Below, in pieces: positions 59,005 to 62,372 of a DNA stretch of 62,372 nt. Positions within the stretch are counted from its first letter, which is position 1. Each line of letters opens with the position of its first letter. Location: contig JBDTPW010000002.1 of NCBI GenBank assembly GCA_039932495.1, positions 1-62,372 of the forward strand. Reading direction: 5' to 3'. Under the pieces are notes generated by a model. That model saw only the letters and a list, made by a program, of their open reading frames with translations, ran no database searches and was not told the DNA's origin. Source of the DNA: Ilumatobacteraceae bacterium. GTDB lineage: Bacteria > Actinomycetota > Acidimicrobiia > Acidimicrobiales > Ilumatobacteraceae. The position numbers and the translations under genes are program-made.

Positions 59005-59691
59005 CTAGCCGCCGCCACGGTTTTGCGTCTCGCCACGAAAGGATTCGGTGGCTTCGGCACAGCCATTTGGGGTGAGATTGATCAGCCTGTTCTTCGCCTT
59101 GCGTGGAGACATTTGAATCCCCGCTTGCCAGGCATCCAGAAATCTCCACGGCCATAATTCACCCTGCAACAGAGAAATTTCCGCCAACGGACAGATTCGC
59201 GACATGCCCAAATGAACGTGGCAGACCGTGATTCGGGCATTGCCGGATGATCCGATGACTCCAATCCAGTCTCCGGCCTCGACATGCTGTCCAATTTTCA
59301 CCTTGACCCTTCCCAAATGGGAAAAGAAATAGCGAACGGTGTCGTCGCCGATCAAGGTGATTGTTTTTCCGCCACGAGTGCCGATTTCGTCGATCCCTTC
59401 GACCCACGTGTCTTTGCGACGGGTGTGAACGATTGTTCCCGAAGTTGGAGCGAGAATTTTTGCGTAGCAACCTTCAACATCGGTTGCCGGATAATTGAGG
59501 TGATCATGACTATAGGAAACAGAGACTCGTGAAAACGGAAACACATATTTCGGTGCAGTCGTTGTCGTCGGGGCGACCACATTTCCGTTGTCATTTGAGG
59601 TTTGCCAATTGGCGCGGGCTTGACCTGGGAAAGTTATCAACAGGGAAGCGATCGCAGCGCACGTCATCGCTCTTAGCCCCTGTTTCCCCAC
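59005..59691 (-). CDS. Secreted M23-family (LytM-like) metallopeptidase
   Basis: The signal-like N-terminus is (V)GKQGLRAMTCAAIASLLITFPGQARA. M23-like elements are HDHLNYPATD, FFSHL....VKIGQHVEAGDWIGVIGSSGNA and HVHL. The start is either the GTG at 59691 or the ATG at 59667. The longer track ORF overlaps the divergent gene. Confidence 0.75.
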   Translation of the reverse strand: MGKQGLRAMTCAAIASLLITFPGQARANWQTSNDNGNVVAPTTTTAPKYVFPFSRVSVSYSHDHLNYPATDVEGCYAKILAPTSGTIVHTRRKDTWVEGIDEIGTRGGKTITLIGDDTVRYFFSHLGRVKVKIGQHVEAGDWIGVIGSSGNARITVCHVHLGMSRICPLAEISLLQGELWPWRFLDAWQAGIQMSPRKAKNRLINLTPNGCAEATESFRGETQNRGGG

Positions 59692-59719
59692 TTGATCAAG
59701 GATAGGCGAGAAGCAAAAA

Positions 59720-60670
59720 ATGTTACGGTTGCACACCGTGACGCGACCATTTTTCATTGATACGGACACCGCGAGCGACGATGCAGTTGCGCTAATTATT
59801 GCCCTGCGCCATCCAGACATCGATGTCGTCGGTATCGGGATCGTGGCGGGAAATGTGCCACTTGAGATGGGCGTACAGAATGCGCTGTACACAGTCGAGT
59901 TATGTGGTTCATCCGTTCCGGTCTATGCGGGTGCCAGCCGACCGCTTGTGCGCGAGTTGATGACCGCCCAGGTAGTCCACGGATTTGATGGCCTCGGTGA
60001 TATTGGATTGCCGCTTAGCGGGCGCACCCCAGCAAGTGGGAGTGCCATCGATGCCTTGCTCGCCGCCGCAGATGCTTACGCCGGTGAACTGACCCTCGTC
60101 ACTCTTGGCCCACTGACCAACATCGCCATGGCGTTGCAACAGGATCCGACACTGCCAAACAAGATCGCCCGCTGCGTGATCATGGGTGCGGCCGCAGATC
60201 ACATTGGCAATGTCACTCCAGTCGCCGAATTCAACATGTGGTGTGATCCGCACGCGGTCGAAGTTGTGTTGGGATCGGGAATGAGACTGGAGTTCGTTGG
60301 CTGGGACATTTCGAGGCTGTACGGGACAATCTCGCCGTCAGAGGCGCGCAAGATTCGTGACGTCGGGACGCCGCTGGCCGAATTTGCGATTGACATTCAA
60401 AAGACACTTAGAGAATTCTGCGCCAACGTCACCAATATTGATGGGTTCGATCTACCCGATCCGATTGCGATGGCGTACGCCATTGAAGGCAACATCGCCA
60501 CAGAATGTAGAGACATGTATTTGACGGTGGAGACGAGTGGCATGCAAACTCTCGGAATGGTCGTGATGGACACCTTGGGTGTGATGGGTCAGTCTCCCAA
60601 TGCAAGGGTTGTTACCCGGGCCAACAGCAAGTTATTTCAGTCGATGCTCGTCGATGCGTTGCGGGACTGA
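59720..60670 (+). CDS. Nucleoside hydrolase (inosine/uridine-preferring family)
   Basis: The N-terminal FIDTDTASDDAVAL (the DxDxxxDD calcium/ribose motif) and EFNMWCDP. Confidence 0.88.
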   Translation: MLRLHTVTRPFFIDTDTASDDAVALIIALRHPDIDVVGIGIVAGNVPLEMGVQNALYTVELCGSSVPVYAGASRPLVRELMTAQVVHGFDGLGDIGLPLSGRTPASGSAIDALLAAADAYAGELTLVTLGPLTNIAMALQQDPTLPNKIARCVIMGAAADHIGNVTPVAEFNMWCDPHAVEVVLGSGMRLEFVGWDISRLYGTISPSEARKIRDVGTPLAEFAIDIQKTLREFCANVTNIDGFDLPDPIAMAYAIEGNIATECRDMYLTVETSGMQTLGMVVMDTLGVMGQSPNARVVTRANSKLFQSMLVDALRD

Positions 60671-60673
60671 ACT

Positions 60674-61651
60674 GTGACGTCCGCGTCTCCGCTCAATTCG
60701 GCATTCGTCGAACTCGCCGTCACGACCCGCAGCGGACGCGATGAGTCGCTTCACTTCGGGGCCGTCGTCATTCTCGGCAAGGACGGGAGTATCGAGACCG
60801 CGTTGGGAGATTCCGCCGTAGTCATCTATCCGCGCTCTTCGAACAAACCAATGCAGGCGACCGCAATGGCGTCGCGCGGCCTGGCGTTGCCGCCGCGATT
60901 GCTTGCCCTGGTTTGTGGAAGTCATGACGGCCTGCCGGAACACATTGCAGGGACGCGAGAAATTCTGTCGACGGTAAACCTCACGGAGCAGTCGCTACGC
61001 AACACACCAGATCTGCCACTCAATTCAAAGGCGGCGGAAGAAGTATTGCGCAACGGTGGATCTCGCTCGCCAGTGCAAATGAATTGCTCAGGAAAACATG
61101 CCGGGATGCTGGCCACGTGCATGCACAACAACTGGACACACGACGAGTCGTATTTGCAATTCGATCATCCATTACAAAGGCACATCACAGAAACGATTCA
61201 GGACCTGGCAGGGGAACAGGTCGATCACATCGGAGTCGACGGGTGCGGTGCGCCGGCCCACGCATTCTCGCTCGCTGGTTTGGCACGAGCGTTTCGTGCA
61301 ATCGTCATGTCGAGTGACGGTTCGCCGGCCGGTTCGGTGGCTTCCGCCATGCGCGCACATCCGCAGATGGTTGGCGGACCAACACGAGATGTCACCTTGC
61401 TTATGCAGGGAATTCCAGGTTTGATGGCAAAGGACGGCGCCGACGGTGTATTCGCCGCTGCGTTACCAGACGGTCGAGCCGTCGCGCTAAAAATTTCAGA
61501 CGGAGCCAATCGGGCACGTAGTCCGGTGATGAAAGCCGCGTTACAAATTCTCGGCGTTGACCTCAGCGCGGTCGATCCGCGCGCGTTTGCCTCACCGATT
61601 TTTGGTCACGGAAAACCGGTAGGCGAAGTCAGAGTTATTGCAGACTTCTGA
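60674..61651 (+). CDS. L-asparaginase of the Asparaginase_II (Rhizobium etli AnsA-like) family
   Basis: GTG start. PRSSNKPMQA, CSGKHAGMLA, GVDGCGAP and AKDGADGV. Confidence 0.8.
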   Translation: MTSASPLNSAFVELAVTTRSGRDESLHFGAVVILGKDGSIETALGDSAVVIYPRSSNKPMQATAMASRGLALPPRLLALVCGSHDGLPEHIAGTREILSTVNLTEQSLRNTPDLPLNSKAAEEVLRNGGSRSPVQMNCSGKHAGMLATCMHNNWTHDESYLQFDHPLQRHITETIQDLAGEQVDHIGVDGCGAPAHAFSLAGLARAFRAIVMSSDGSPAGSVASAMRAHPQMVGGPTRDVTLLMQGIPGLMAKDGADGVFAAALPDGRAVALKISDGANRARSPVMKAALQILGVDLSAVDPRAFASPIFGHGKPVGEVRVIADF

Positions 61652-61656
61652 TTTCT

Positions 61657-62372
61657 CTAAGGGTGTAGCCCGCGCATCCGATGGGCATCGGCGATTGTCT
61701 TAACACCTAACACTGATGTGGCAAGTCGGTAGGGAAGCTTGGTGGTCTCTGCAAATGTGTAGAACCTGTTGAATGCTGCGCGCATGAGATCGGTAACGCG
61801 AGCATTGACCTGATCCTCATCCCAACTGAGGTGGGCAAAATTTTGGCACTGTTCAAGATATGAACATGTGACTCCGCCCGCGTTGGCCAACACGTCGGGC
61901 ATGATGATGATTCCTCTATCGGCAAGAATTTCGTCGGCGGCCGGAGTGAGGGGTCCGTTGGCGCCCTCCACGACGAGTCGTGCCTTCATCGACAGTGCTT
62001 CCTTGTCGTGGACCGCACTTTCCAGCGCGCACGGCATCGCGATATCCGCATCCAGTGCAAATAATTCGCGCGACCCGTTTATTCCCTTGGCCACGACATC
62101 GCCGATACCTGTTTCGGTGACGCTTGTTGCGCCGCCGTGCAACGCGAGATCGATGCGTCCTAGGTCTAGACCGTTCGTCTGATACACGGTTCCACCGACA
62201 TCGGCGAGTCCGACAATGACTGCTCCTCGCTCGGACGCCAATTTGGCCGCCCACGAACCCACCTGACCGTAACCCTGAATCACTATCCGCTGGCCGGCAA
62301 GCGACTTGCCCAATTTCTGCAAGATCAGCTCGGCAACCTCGACCACTCCGCGACCAGTTGCCGATTCGCGAC
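61657..62372 (-). CDS. gdh: Glu/Leu/Phe/Val-type (glutamate) dehydrogenase, C-terminal NAD(P)-binding part. The 5' end lies beyond the window.
   Basis: The frame stays open to the window edge (...RESATGRGVVEVAE...). It has the Rossmann motif IQGYGQVGSW and EGANGP.T..AD.IL..RGI...PD.LANAGGV. Confidence 0.9.
   Translation of the reverse strand, partial: RESATGRGVVEVAELILQKLGKSLAGQRIVIQGYGQVGSWAAKLASERGAVIVGLADVGGTVYQTNGLDLGRIDLALHGGATSVTETGIGDVVAKGINGSRELFALDADIAMPCALESAVHDKEALSMKARLVVEGANGPLTPAADEILADRGIIIMPDVLANAGGVTCSYLEQCQNFAHLSWDEDQVNARVTDLMRAAFNRFYTFAETTKLPYRLATSVLGVKTIADAHRMRGLHP

Overview
This window is a compact, gene-dense chromosomal core region. Gene order points to an actinobacterium, and by eye the GC content is moderate, so it may be a streamlined Acidimicrobiia-like lineage. 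That taxonomic guess is inference from synteny only. Read left to right, the window holds: the 3' end of rpoC; the str operon (rpsL-rpsG-fusA-tuf); rpsJ; a two-gene interruption (a PAT-type GNAT acetyltransferase on the minus strand and an HtrA/PDZ protease); then rplC through rplO, secY, adk, infA, rpmJ, rpsM-rpsK-rpsD-rpoA-rplQ, truA and rplM-rpsI. Next comes the actinobacterial-style block: glmM, a glmS-like gene, acpS, alr, tsaE, tsaB, rimI, tsaD, dus, maf, and groES-groEL preceded by a CIRCE element. After that come a Nudix CoA pyrophosphatase, a secreted prokaryotic phospholipase A2, and a minus-strand ribD-ribBA-ribH operon behind a clear FMN riboswitch. The remainder is guaA, an NlpC/P60 hydrolase, a kinase/dienelactone hydrolase/acyl-CoA ligase/ferredoxin/P450 cluster, pcrA, an orphan B12-binding domain gene, sucCD, an OatA-like O-acetyltransferase, mdh, an M23 peptidase, a nucleoside hydrolase, an asparaginase and the 3' part of a glutamate dehydrogenase. 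I saw no rRNA or tRNA genes, CRISPR arrays, transposases, integrases or phage genes. The most unusual items are: (1) a 1137-aa GlmS-like amidotransferase/SIS protein, about twice normal length, sitting in the glmS position; (2) the break of the normally invariant rpsJ-rplC junction, with a 255-nt structured leader in front of rplC; (3) Lys/Ala-rich or acidic tails on several ribosomal proteins; (4) a natural Arg at S12 position 88; (5) a rib operon that lacks ribE and is followed on the same strand by a phospholipase A2. All protein calls rest on reading motifs in the supplied translations by eye. No database search was run.
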